Shown here piece by piece: positions 19,088 to 26,936 of a DNA stretch of 29,793 nt. Numbering within the stretch: position 1 is the first letter of the stretch; every line of letters starts with the position of its first letter. The stretch is taken from NCBI RefSeq assembly GCF_900289195.1, contig NZ_OMOH01000015.1:1-29793 (forward strand), written 5' to 3'. This DNA comes from Propionibacterium ruminifibrarum. Lineage in GTDB: Bacteria; Actinomycetota; Actinomycetes; Propionibacteriales; Propionibacteriaceae. A model generated the notes under the pieces. That model saw only the letters and a program-made list of their open reading frames with translations, was not told the DNA's origin and ran no database searches. The position numbers and the translations under genes are program-made.

Positions 19088-20125
19088 TCACAGGTCGCGG
19101 GCGGTGGGACCCTGCTGGCGCAGCTGCTCGCGCAGGTAGTCGACCGAGGTGCGGGCCGTGACGGTGTTGGGGTCGTCGGGCCCGAACTCGGGTTCGATGT
19201 CGGCCAGGATCGCCTCGAAGACCTGCAACGACTCGGCGACGCGGCCCTGCTGGGCGAGCAGGTTTCCCATGTTGCCGCGGACCGCCAGCGTGAACGGGTG
19301 GGCCGCGCCCATGGTGGGTCCCACCTCGTCGGCGAGTCGGCCGAACTCGGCGATGGCCTCGTCGGCGCGGCCGAGCTTGCCGAGCAGTTCGGCGTAGTTG
19401 GCGCGGGTCACGAGAGCGTCGGGGTGGTCGGCGCCGAGCACCCGGGCCTCGTCGGGGATGAGCTGCTCGTAGACCTCCACGGCGCGGGCTGGCTGCTCGG
19501 ACTCGAGCAGGCACTCGGCGAGGTTGGCGCGCAGGGACAGGGTGTCTGGGCGGTCCGCGCCCAGCACGCGGGCCTGGTCGGCCGCGAGCGTCTCGAGTTC
19601 GGCGGCGGCCTGGTCGCTGTGGCCCGCGCGGCGCAGCATGTCGGCGTGGTTGGCGCGACTGACGAGCACGTCGGCGTTGTCCTTGCCGAGCACGGCGGTC
19701 TGGTCGGCGACGAACTCGGCGTACAGTTCGGCGGCCCGGGCCGGTTCGCCGGCCTCGCCGAGCCAGCCGGCGTAGTTGGCGCGGGTGGTGAGCGTGTTGA
19801 GGTGGTTGCGGCCGAGCAGACGCTCCATGTCGGCGGCGAGTTCCTTGTTGAGCTCGGCGGCGCGCGCCGGATTCCCGGCGCTGCCGATCCAGTGGGCGTG
19901 GTTGCTGCGGCCCAGCAGCACGTCGGCGCTGTCGGCGCCGAGGACGCGCTCCAGGTCGGGCAGCAGCTGCTCGTAGAGGCGTGCCGCGCGGGCCGGGTCG
20001 CCGCCCTCCCCCACCTGGGCGGCCAGGTTGGCGCGGCTGGCCAGCACCGTGGGGTGGTCCTTGCCGAGCTCGCGGGTCTGGTTGATGATCGTCTGCTCCA
20101 GCGGGTCGATCTGCTCTGACGTCAT
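19088..20125 (-). CDS. stand-alone TPR-array protein (TPR_10/TPR_12-like, 8 repeats)
   Basis: Eight 42-aa repeats of the form ARAAELYEQL-x-AD-x-RVLG-x-DHPDTL-x-x-R-x-N-x-A. No NTPase or other enzymatic domain is visible. Confidence 0.8.
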   Translation of the reverse strand: MTSEQIDPLEQTIINQTRELGKDHPTVLASRANLAAQVGEGGDPARAARLYEQLLPDLERVLGADSADVLLGRSNHAHWIGSAGNPARAAELNKELAADMERLLGRNHLNTLTTRANYAGWLGEAGEPARAAELYAEFVADQTAVLGKDNADVLVSRANHADMLRRAGHSDQAAAELETLAADQARVLGADRPDTLSLRANLAECLLESEQPARAVEVYEQLIPDEARVLGADHPDALVTRANYAELLGKLGRADEAIAEFGRLADEVGPTMGAAHPFTLAVRGNMGNLLAQQGRVAESLQVFEAILADIEPEFGPDDPNTVTARTSVDYLREQLRQQGPTARDL

Positions 20126-20310
20126 CGGTTCCTCGCCTTCCTGGCCCCGGCAGCGGGGTCCTGGTCCGTCGTGGCGCCGGGGCGGGCCCGGCGGGTCAAG
20201 TGTCGCAGATCATGTGGCCGGGCGGATCAGACCATGCCGGGCCCGGACACGACGGTGCGCGCCCACCCGCAGAGGATGGGCGCGCACCAGATGATTGGCG
20301 GTGCCGTCGG

Positions 20311-20568
20311 TTACTTGCGGCCGGTGATGAGGCTGTAGACGAACAGCACGAGGACCGAGCCGCCGATGGCCAGCAGCCAGGTGGTCAGCGAGAAGAACGA
20401 CCTGAGGCTCACGCCGAACAGCTCGCCGCCGAGCCAGCCGCCGACGATGGCGCCTGCGGCGCCGAGCAACATGGTGGCCACCCAGCTGCCGCCTCCCTGG
20501 TCCTTCAGGATGCGCTTGGCGATCGAGCCGGCGATGAGGCCGAGCAGGAGAAAACTGATGAGGCCCAT
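20311..20568 (-). CDS. GlsB/YeaQ/YmgE-family stress-response membrane protein
   Basis: 85 aa with 3 TM helices and the family-typical sequence MGLISFLLLGLIAGSIAKRI...GAAGAIVGGWLG. Confidence 0.85.
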   Translation of the reverse strand: MGLISFLLLGLIAGSIAKRILKDQGGGSWVATMLLGAAGAIVGGWLGGELFGVSLRSFFSLTTWLLAIGGSVLVLFVYSLITGRK

Positions 20569-20718
20569 GGGAACGTCCTTTCACTGGGCTTGCCCACGAG
20601 GCGGGGCATGCGTTGTGCTCGCGGCAGGGTCTGTCGATCTCTGGGCTCGCACGATGAGTCGAGCCTAGCCAGGTCGTGCGCTGGTGGCCAACCACCCCGA
20701 GGCCCGTTCAGGGTGCGG

Positions 20719-22116
20719 TCAACCCTGCGGTTCACCCGCGCGTAGTGCCTCCAGCTGGCTCCGGGTGGCGGCGGTGCTCTCGTCGTCGGAGCCGAGGGCC
20801 TGCTCCTTGTCCGCGAGCACCGCCTCCATGAGCAGGATGGCCTGCGCCCGGTCGCCGAGGGCGCCGACGAGTCGGGCGTACTCGTGGCGTGACAGCAGCG
20901 TGGACGGGTCGGTGGGGCCGAACAGGCGGCTCTGGTCGGCGATGAGGGTCTCGAACAGGTCCTTGGCGCGGTTCTGCTCCCCGTGGTAGCCGAGCTGGTA
21001 GGCGTGGTTGTAGCGGTCGCGGAGGGTCTGGGGGTCGTCGGGGCCGAAGACGCGATCGTCGTCGGCGATGAGTCGTTCGAGCTCGTCGAGGCCCTGCCGG
21101 GTCTGGCCGGCGAGCAGCCGCCAGACGGCCAGCACGCTGCGGCAGCGCAGCGTCTCGGGCTCGTCGGGGCCGCTCGCCTGGGTGCGGGCGGCGACGACCC
21201 TCGCGTAGACGTCGGCGGTCTCGGCCGCACGGTCGGCGAGGGCGTAGGCCTGGCCGAGCCATTCGAGGCTCGTGAGGGTGTCCGGGTGGTCTTGCCCGAG
21301 GGTCTGCTCGCGGTCGCCTGCGACGGCGCCGAAGGCGGCGATGGCGTCGTCCAGGTGGCCGGTGCGCAGCAGCCAGTAGGCCAGCTCGTGGCGCACGGTC
21401 ATCGTCTCGGGCTCGTGGGGGCCGCGCAGGCGGACCTCGTCGGCGGCCAGCCCCTGGTAGACCTGCAGGGCGGCGTCGGCGCGTCCGAGGCGTCCGAGTA
21501 CCGCGGCGTAGGTCTCGCGGGTCGCCATGAGCAGCGGCGAGTCGGCGCCGAGGACGCGCAGCTGGGCGGGCAGCAGCTGCTCGTAGACCTCGACGGCCTC
21601 GGCCAGCCGGTCCTGGTCGCGCAGCGCGGCGGCCAGGGCCGAGCGGGCGTCGAGCACCTGCGGGTCGTCGTCACCGAGCGCCCGCACCAGGGCGGGGACG
21701 AGTTCGCCGTACGCCTGGGCCGCCTGCCTCGTCTGGCCGGCCCGCAGGTGCCAGCCGCCGGCCCCGGCGCGGACGGCGAGCGTGTTGGGGTCGTCCGGGC
21801 CGTAGACGCGGCGCATGTCGGTGGCGAGCGCGGCGAACAGGGCGGCGGCCCGGGCCTCGTCGCCGGACTTGCCGACCCAGTTGGCGTGGTCGTTGCGTGC
21901 CACGAGCGTGACCTGGTGGTCGGGTCCGCCGATGCGGGTGCAGTCGGCGATGAGCTGCTCGTAGAGCGCAGCCGCGCGGGCCGGGTCGCCCGCCTCGCCG
22001 ATGTCGTCGGCCTCGTCGAGCCGGGCCGCGATGACGCGCGGGTGCTCCGGGCCGTACTCGCGTGCCAGGTCGTCGATGCTGGGCTCGGGGGCGTCGGGCT
22101 GGTTCTGCTGCGGCAT
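20719..22116 (-). CDS. stand-alone TPR-array protein (TPR_10/TPR_12-like, about 11 repeats)
   Basis: Eleven 42-aa repeats built on the same G-P/x-D-x-P-x-T-L-x-x-R scaffold as the 19088-20125 gene. Confidence 0.8.
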   Translation of the reverse strand: MPQQNQPDAPEPSIDDLAREYGPEHPRVIAARLDEADDIGEAGDPARAAALYEQLIADCTRIGGPDHQVTLVARNDHANWVGKSGDEARAAALFAALATDMRRVYGPDDPNTLAVRAGAGGWHLRAGQTRQAAQAYGELVPALVRALGDDDPQVLDARSALAAALRDQDRLAEAVEVYEQLLPAQLRVLGADSPLLMATRETYAAVLGRLGRADAALQVYQGLAADEVRLRGPHEPETMTVRHELAYWLLRTGHLDDAIAAFGAVAGDREQTLGQDHPDTLTSLEWLGQAYALADRAAETADVYARVVAARTQASGPDEPETLRCRSVLAVWRLLAGQTRQGLDELERLIADDDRVFGPDDPQTLRDRYNHAYQLGYHGEQNRAKDLFETLIADQSRLFGPTDPSTLLSRHEYARLVGALGDRAQAILLMEAVLADKEQALGSDDESTAATRSQLEALRAGEPQG

Positions 22117-22351
22117 GATCGCACCCTACCGGCCCCGGGGACGACCCCGCCGAACGGCAGACACCCGGACGGGTGGGACCTGCTCGTCGGGCATCGGGAC
22201 ACGCCTGGCCATCGAGGGCATCATTCCCTGTTGGCGCGGGATTCCCGGCTCCTCCGGGACGGTCCTGCCCCGCCTCGATGGAATCCTGCCCCGGTGGGGC
22301 CCACCGTCGCGCTGCGCCCGCGGGCCGGGGTGGCTAGACTGAACGGGCCCT

Positions 22352-22436
22352 GCCGGAGTGGTGGAACTGGTAGACACGCAGGATTTAGGTTCCTGTGCTT
22401 CGCGGCGTGAGGGTTCGAGTCCCTTCTCCGGCACCA
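22352..22436 (+). tRNA. tRNA-Leu (anticodon TAG), CCA encoded
   Basis: GCCGGAG acceptor, anticodon arm CAGGA-TTTAGGT-TCCTG, long variable arm, T-arm GAGGGTTCGAGTCCCTT, 3' acceptor CTCCGGC-A-CCA. Confidence 0.92.
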
Positions 22437-22572
22437 GCGATCATGAGCCGCCCTGGCCCCTTGGCCGCCCCATGCCCCCTCGCCGAGTCAGGCCATGGTG
22501 TACACCAACGCTCGTCGGAGCGGGAGAGTCGTGTCAGCCGCCCCGAGTCGTGAGTCCTCCTGTCAGTCGCCG

Positions 22573-22773
22573 ATGACGCCCATCAAGATCGACAGTGTGA
22601 CCGGCTCAAGGCTGCCGCCGAGCACCGCGCACGATGGGCGAGCGGACCGACGCCATGCCGTAGAGGAGGAACGCGGGGCCCGCCCGCGGAGGCTCCGCGA
22701 GCAGATCGCCGCGAACCCGCCGGACCATTCCTACTTCGACGAACTCGAGGAATGGCAGAGCGACCGATGGTGA
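22573..22773 (+). CDS. possible MazE-like antitoxin (may be degenerate)
   Basis: The call rests mainly on position. Its stop overlaps the ATG of the mazF fragment (ATGGTGA), and the acidic, Trp-containing C-terminus (FDELEEWQSDRW) resembles actinobacterial MazE tails. I do not recognise the N-terminal half. Confidence 0.3.
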   Translation: MTPIKIDSVTGSRLPPSTAHDGRADRRHAVEEERGARPRRLREQIAANPPDHSYFDELEEWQSDRW

Positions 22774-22874
22774 GTCGCGCGGCAGGTCAGGTCCACTGGG
22801 CCCGGCCCGACCCCGGTGTCGGGCACGAACAAGCGGGCACCGGACGGGGCCGGAGGGGAACCCTGAAGGGCTGA
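22767..22874 (+). pseudogene. 5' fragment of a MazF/PemK-family toxin gene
   Basis: Encodes MVSRAAGQVHWARPDPGVGHEQAG, which matches the conserved MazF/PemK N-terminus (MVSR..G-x-V/I-W-x-x-D-x-DP-x-x-G-x-EQAG). Similarity then stops, a stop codon follows after 35 codons, and there is no room for the rest before the MFS gene. Confidence 0.6.
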
Positions 22875-22888
22875 GACCCTGTCAATAC

Positions 22889-22904
22889 TTGCATTATTAT
22901 GCAA
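22889..22904. promoter_or_regulatory. AT-rich dyad just upstream of the MFS start
   Basis: TTGCAT-TATT-ATGCAA is a perfect 6-bp inverted repeat 11 nt before ATG 22915. A further ATGCA copy follows at 22907. Confidence 0.25.
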
Positions 22905-22914
22905 TCATGCAGTT

Positions 22915-24159
22915 ATGCTGAGGATCCTGCGACACCGCGTGTACTCGCATCTGTTCGGCTCGCTGGTCTGCTCGCTGCTCGGCAGCGGCCTGGCGACGGT
23001 GGCACTGGGCCTGGTGGCCTATGACATCGCGGGGACCAGCGCAAGCGCCGTGCTGGGCGCGATCTTCACCGTGAAGATGATCGCCTATGTCTTCGTCGCT
23101 CCCCTGGCCAACGCGGCCGTGGTCCACCTGCCCCGCCGGGCGGTGATGGTCGGTTCGGATGTCCTGCGCCTGGTTGCGGCACTGTGCCTGCCATTCGTGA
23201 GCGCAAGCTGGCAGATCTTCGTCCTCGTGTTCGTCCTACAGGCGGCCTCGGCGACGTTCACGCCGACCTTCCAGTCGGTCGTACCGGCGGTGCTGCCCGA
23301 CGAGGACGACTACACGAATGCCCTGTCCCTGGCGCGCCTGGCCGGTGACCTGGAGACGATCCTGTCGCCGGTGCTGGCGGCGGCGCTGTTGCTGGTGGTG
23401 CGGGCGAACACGCTGTTTCTCGGCACGGCGATCGGCTTCGCCGCCTCGGCGCTGCTCGTGGTGTCGGCGGCGATTCCCCACGACCTCGGGATCGCCGCCG
23501 ACGACGAGGAGCCCTTCTTCAGGCGGGCGAGGTCGGGCATCGAATTGTTCTTCCGGACCCCGGCGCTGCGGCCCGTCGTGGCGCTCAATGTGACGGTCGC
23601 CGCGGTCGTCTCGTTCGTGCTGGTGCAGACGGTGGTGATCGTCCGCTCGGACTTCGGCATGTCACAGACGGCGGTGGCGCTCTTCCTTGCCGTGAACGGG
23701 GCCGGTTCGATCGCCGCAGCGCTGGCGCTGCCCCGCGTCCTGCGCCGGCTGCCGGAACGCTCGGTGATGCTGCCGAGCGCGCTGCTGCTGTGCGCGGCGC
23801 TGGTGGCGGTGGCCGTGGCACTGACCGGGACGAACGGCCGGTGGACGCCGGGCGCGGTCGCCGCACTGTGGGCACTCATCGGTGTCGGCTGGGCCGGCCT
23901 CGAAATGCCGATCGGACGTCTCATTCCCCGCGCCGTCCCGGAGCAGCGGCTGTCCGCCGCGTTCGCCGGGCAGTTCTCGCTCTCGCACGGCTGCTGGCTG
24001 GTCTGCTATCCGCTCACTGGTGCGCTGGCGCACTGGGGCATGGGCCGAACCGCGCTCATCATGGCGTCACTCGGCGCCGTGGCGGCCCTCGCAGGCGTCG
24101 TACTGTGGAGACCTCAGCACCGAACTCAGAATGTTACGCGAACGAGTGGTGGATTCTGA
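22915..24159 (+). CDS. MFS transporter (EntS/MFS_3-like exporter)
   Basis: 414-aa ORF with about 12 TM helices and an N-terminal pattern (RNRxFxxLxxGxxxSxLG) typical of this MFS subgroup. Confidence 0.8.
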   Translation: MLRILRHRVYSHLFGSLVCSLLGSGLATVALGLVAYDIAGTSASAVLGAIFTVKMIAYVFVAPLANAAVVHLPRRAVMVGSDVLRLVAALCLPFVSASWQIFVLVFVLQAASATFTPTFQSVVPAVLPDEDDYTNALSLARLAGDLETILSPVLAAALLLVVRANTLFLGTAIGFAASALLVVSAAIPHDLGIAADDEEPFFRRARSGIELFFRTPALRPVVALNVTVAAVVSFVLVQTVVIVRSDFGMSQTAVALFLAVNGAGSIAAALALPRVLRRLPERSVMLPSALLLCAALVAVAVALTGTNGRWTPGAVAALWALIGVGWAGLEMPIGRLIPRAVPEQRLSAAFAGQFSLSHGCWLVCYPLTGALAHWGMGRTALIMASLGAVAALAGVVLWRPQHRTQNVTRTSGGF

Positions 24160-24224
24160 TCCAAGGGATCAAGACCTTCGTCCTTCGACAAGATGTTCGG
24201 CGAGCACCCAGTGGAACTCCAAGG

Positions 24225-24557
24225 TCAATTCTCACCAAGCTGTGCTCGCAAGACGTCAACAACCGGGGGCAGGTTGCTCTCAATGGTTTTCACAATGATC
24301 ACACTATTCACGAATGCATAGCCATGTGCCATCCGGTTCCTCATCCCCCTCATCTTTGGCCATTGATCACCCAGAATCGAGAGCAGAACACCATCCTCCA
24401 CATGCATGAGGGAGTCAATCCCTGCCGATAGTCTCATGGCGATGGCATCAAGCGTCAACTGGTCAGAAAGATCTCACGTGGAGTACTCCAACGCACGATC
24501 AAAATGTTCAAGCGCCTCAGTGATGAGTTCTTGAGTAGTTCGGTTCCTACGACTCAC
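24225..24557 (-). pseudogene. hepT: HepT (DUF86) toxin gene interrupted by an in-frame TGA
   Basis: GTG 24557 overlaps the mnt stop (GTGA). The frame reads VSRRNRTTQELITEALEHFDRALEYST-TGA-DLSDQLTLDAIAMRLSAGIDSL...MRNRMAHGY (Rx4HxY HEPN motif). The stop is at 24474-24476. The track ORF covers only the 77-aa distal part, starting at TTG. Confidence 0.7.
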
Positions 24558-25033
24558 AGTGGGACCGCCTCGCCAAGAATGCGTTCCCGCATGGCGGGAC
24601 GGATTGCGGTGTCAGGAACGAGATCGACACCAATTCCGAGAAGTTCTTCGAGCTCGATCTCGAGTCCGGCAAGATCCATGAGCCCGAGAGGCCGCTCCAT
24701 GTGGAACAGCAAGTCGACGTCAGAATCCTCACGATCATGACCAGTGGCGACCGAGCCGAAGACACGAACATTCGAGCCACCCGCCCTCTCAATGAGGTCG
24801 ATGACGGCTCTGCGAGACCTCCTGAGCCTTCGTGCGCGTGGCGTGGTGCCGTGGAAGTGGATGAGTCGTGACACCTCGGGCTGGCTGCGCCCGATCTGTT
24901 GTGCGATCTCGGCCTGGGAGACCCCCTCGGAAGCGGCCTTGCGGACTGCTTCGACCAGCCGGGCACGCGCCTGCCGGGTGGCCTCGTCGGCCTCACGGGC
25001 GATCCGCGCCAGGTCAGTCACCATGAAACTCAT
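24554..25033 (-). CDS. mntA: MNT-type nucleotidyltransferase antitoxin with N-terminal HTH domain
   Basis: HTH segment SQAEIAQQIGRSQPEVSRLIHF followed by the minimal NTase motif GSVATGHDREDSDVDLLF. Start is ATG 25033 or 25024. The remainder of the 277-aa track ORF is an over-extension. Confidence 0.75.
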   Translation of the reverse strand: MSFMVTDLARIAREADEATRQARARLVEAVRKAASEGVSQAEIAQQIGRSQPEVSRLIHFHGTTPRARRLRRSRRAVIDLIERAGGSNVRVFGSVATGHDREDSDVDLLFHMERPLGLMDLAGLEIELEELLGIGVDLVPDTAIRPAMRERILGEAVPL

Positions 25034-25130
25034 GATAGCAAATACTATAAATGCTGACCACAGGGGAATTGAGATGACTGGCTGGTGACGAACGGCACTT
25101 GCCCCGCGATAAAAGTATTCGGCGCGTACT

Positions 25131-25502
25131 GTGGAGACCCCGGTGCGATGCAGCGAGGTGAGCAGTGTGAGTCCCGTGGCACCCGATGAGGACGAGGTCG
25201 CGTACGCGGCCCGTGTCCTCAAGCTGCTCGCCGACCGTACGCGTCTGGCGATCCTGGCGATGCTCGGCCAGGACGAGATGTCGGTGACCGAGATCGCGCA
25301 GGCGCTCGGCCGCCCCATGCCGGCCGTCTCGCAGCACCTCGCCAAGCTGCGCACCGCAGGCCTGATCGGCGTGCGCAAGGACGGCACGACGAACTACTAC
25401 CAGAGCCCGAGCGAGCACGTGTCCGCGTTGGTGACCAACGCGCTCCAGCTCAGTGAGCACGCGCTGTACGACGAGCCGCCGCACCACCGACGTGCCCGGT
25501 GA
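25131..25502 (+). CDS. ArsR-family transcriptional regulator (orphan)
   Basis: [48 protein letters not shown]-terminal SEHV...LSEHAL resembles an alpha5 site. No adjacent transporter. Confidence 0.8.
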   Translation: METPVRCSEVSSVSPVAPDEDEVAYAARVLKLLADRTRLAILAMLGQDEMSVTEIAQALGRPMPAVSQHLAKLRTAGLIGVRKDGTTNYYQSPSEHVSALVTNALQLSEHALYDEPPHHRRAR

Positions 25503-25574
25503 CCGGAATCGCCGTCCGGCCCGTCGTAGCCGCACGGTTGAGGGCTCACTCGTGGGCGGCGTCCTTCTGGCGGG

Positions 25575-26225
25575 TCACGTGGCCCCGGCGCTGCGGTTCG
25601 TCGTGTGGACCGGTTGGTAGACGAAGTCCTTCTGGTAGTTCACGTCGTCCCGGTGGTCCAGCCACAGCTCGAACCAGCCGAGGAAGTCCTGGCGTTCGCA
25701 GCAGGGCTGGACGCCGACGTCGGCGAAGTCCCACACCTCGCCGGCGCACGGGCCGGCCGTGATGAGCTCGAACGTCTGCCCGCAGCCGACGTCGATCAGC
25801 TCCAGGCCCTGGTTGGCCATGGCCCACTCGATCAGCTCGTCCAGGTTCTCACGGTCCACGTGCACCCGTTCGGCGCCCTGGAGCCCCAGCGCGAAGTTCA
25901 CCTCGTTGTCCAGCTCGTCGTCGGTGAGCGAGTACTCGGCCTCCCAGACGAAGTGATTCACGAACCGGAACGGGGCGGACAGGTCCTTGCGCTCGACGTC
26001 GGCGAGCCGGGTGAGCCGGAAACCATCGACCATCGCCGCGCAGCCGTCACCGATCCGCTGCAGGAAGAGGCGGTAGCCCTCCGGCAGTCGCGTCCGGCAG
26101 GCCCGCTCGAAGTCCTCGATCTCGGCTTCGGTGAGCACCGGTCCCAGCTCGATGCCCTGCCGCTCGACCTTGTCCTTGATCCGGGCCAGTACCTGGGGGT
26201 AGTCCCTCGGGTCGTGAACGGGCAT
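25575..26225 (-). CDS. SMI1/KNR4 (SUKH-1) family protein, immunity-protein-like
   Basis: N-terminal signature LTEAEIEDFERACRTRLPEGYRLFLQRIGDG and acidic, Trp-rich C-terminal beta region. RBS GGGGAGGGGAG upstream. Confidence 0.75.
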   Translation of the reverse strand: MPVHDPRDYPQVLARIKDKVERQGIELGPVLTEAEIEDFERACRTRLPEGYRLFLQRIGDGCAAMVDGFRLTRLADVERKDLSAPFRFVNHFVWEAEYSLTDDELDNEVNFALGLQGAERVHVDRENLDELIEWAMANQGLELIDVGCGQTFELITAGPCAGEVWDFADVGVQPCCERQDFLGWFELWLDHRDDVNYQKDFVYQPVHTTNRSAGAT

Positions 26226-26412
26226 CGCTCCCCTCCCCTGCGGTGGTTCTCCGTATTCGACGCAATGCGCCTTGCCAGGAGGCTAACACGGACCATCGGC
26301 GGGCGCGAACAGTCTGCGTGCCCGCTCCACGAACCCCTGATCGGTTCGGGAGGGGTCGCTCACAGCGCCCGGTGTTTGTGTGCCGCGGCCTGCTTCGACG
26401 CACCGGGCACCA

Positions 26413-26718
26413 TCATGAGGTACCAACGGCACGCGCCTTGGCCACGGCATCGTAGACCCGCTTCACCGCGGGATCACGGTCAAGCCTGGGAGCCGTGAAC
26501 CCACGCAGCGCAAGGCCTTCCAAAAGTCTCAGAGGCCTCGGCCCGTGAGCGGCTTTGATCTCGGCGAGCATCTCCTCGCCTGTTGGCGTGGCAGTTTCTG
26601 TCCAGTAGTTCACTGCCCACATCATAGTGATATGATCACGAGCAAGCCGCACTGCACAAGTTCTGATCACATGGTCGATAGTAGCCGAGCTCCTACTGGT
26701 CTCACACGACCTTGACAC
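26413..26718 (-). CDS. hypothetical protein (the true start may be ATG 26625)
   Basis: Open frame only, with no motif I recognise. GC falls across its 5' end toward the low-GC island. Confidence 0.3.
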   Translation of the reverse strand: MSRSCETSRSSATIDHVIRTCAVRLARDHITMMWAVNYWTETATPTGEEMLAEIKAAHGPRPLRLLEGLALRGFTAPRLDRDPAVKRVYDAVAKARAVGTS

Positions 26719-26882
26719 CTTCCACCAGGCAGCAACTACTTCACAATATACCTATCCAAAAAGAATCGTTTATTAACAACTAAAAGCTGAATTACACAGA
26801 AGTCATTCATTAACACATCAGAAGCTAAAAGCAATCAAACTACAGCAGTCTTCGGTTCTAGCCTCATCCGATAGTACAGTGT

Positions 26883-26911
26883 ATTGTCTAGCCAGACTTA
26901 CTTGGGTATCA
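26883..26911 (+). promoter_or_regulatory. sigma70-like promoter candidate for the island operon
   Basis: TTGTCT - 17 nt - TATCAT, 26 nt upstream of ATG 26937. AGGA RBS at 26926-26929. Confidence 0.3.
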
Positions 26912-26936
26912 TCAACCAGTAATATTAGGATAATTA

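Noticed and set aside
19055-22410. Long plus-strand ORFs (19055-20119 and 20983-22410) opposite the TPR genes
   Set aside because: The minus-strand frames give regular 42-aa TPR repeats, whereas the plus-strand products are repetitive G/V/A/E strings. The second also runs through tRNA-Leu.
24474-24476. The TGA within hepT read as selenocysteine or programmed readthrough
   Set aside because: No SECIS-like hairpin is visible directly downstream, and HepT proteins are not known selenoproteins. A nonsense mutation is the simpler explanation.
25034-25387. 5' extension of the MNT ORF to 277 aa
   Set aside because: It runs antisense through the ArsR gene. The HTH-NTase homology begins at about 25024-25033.
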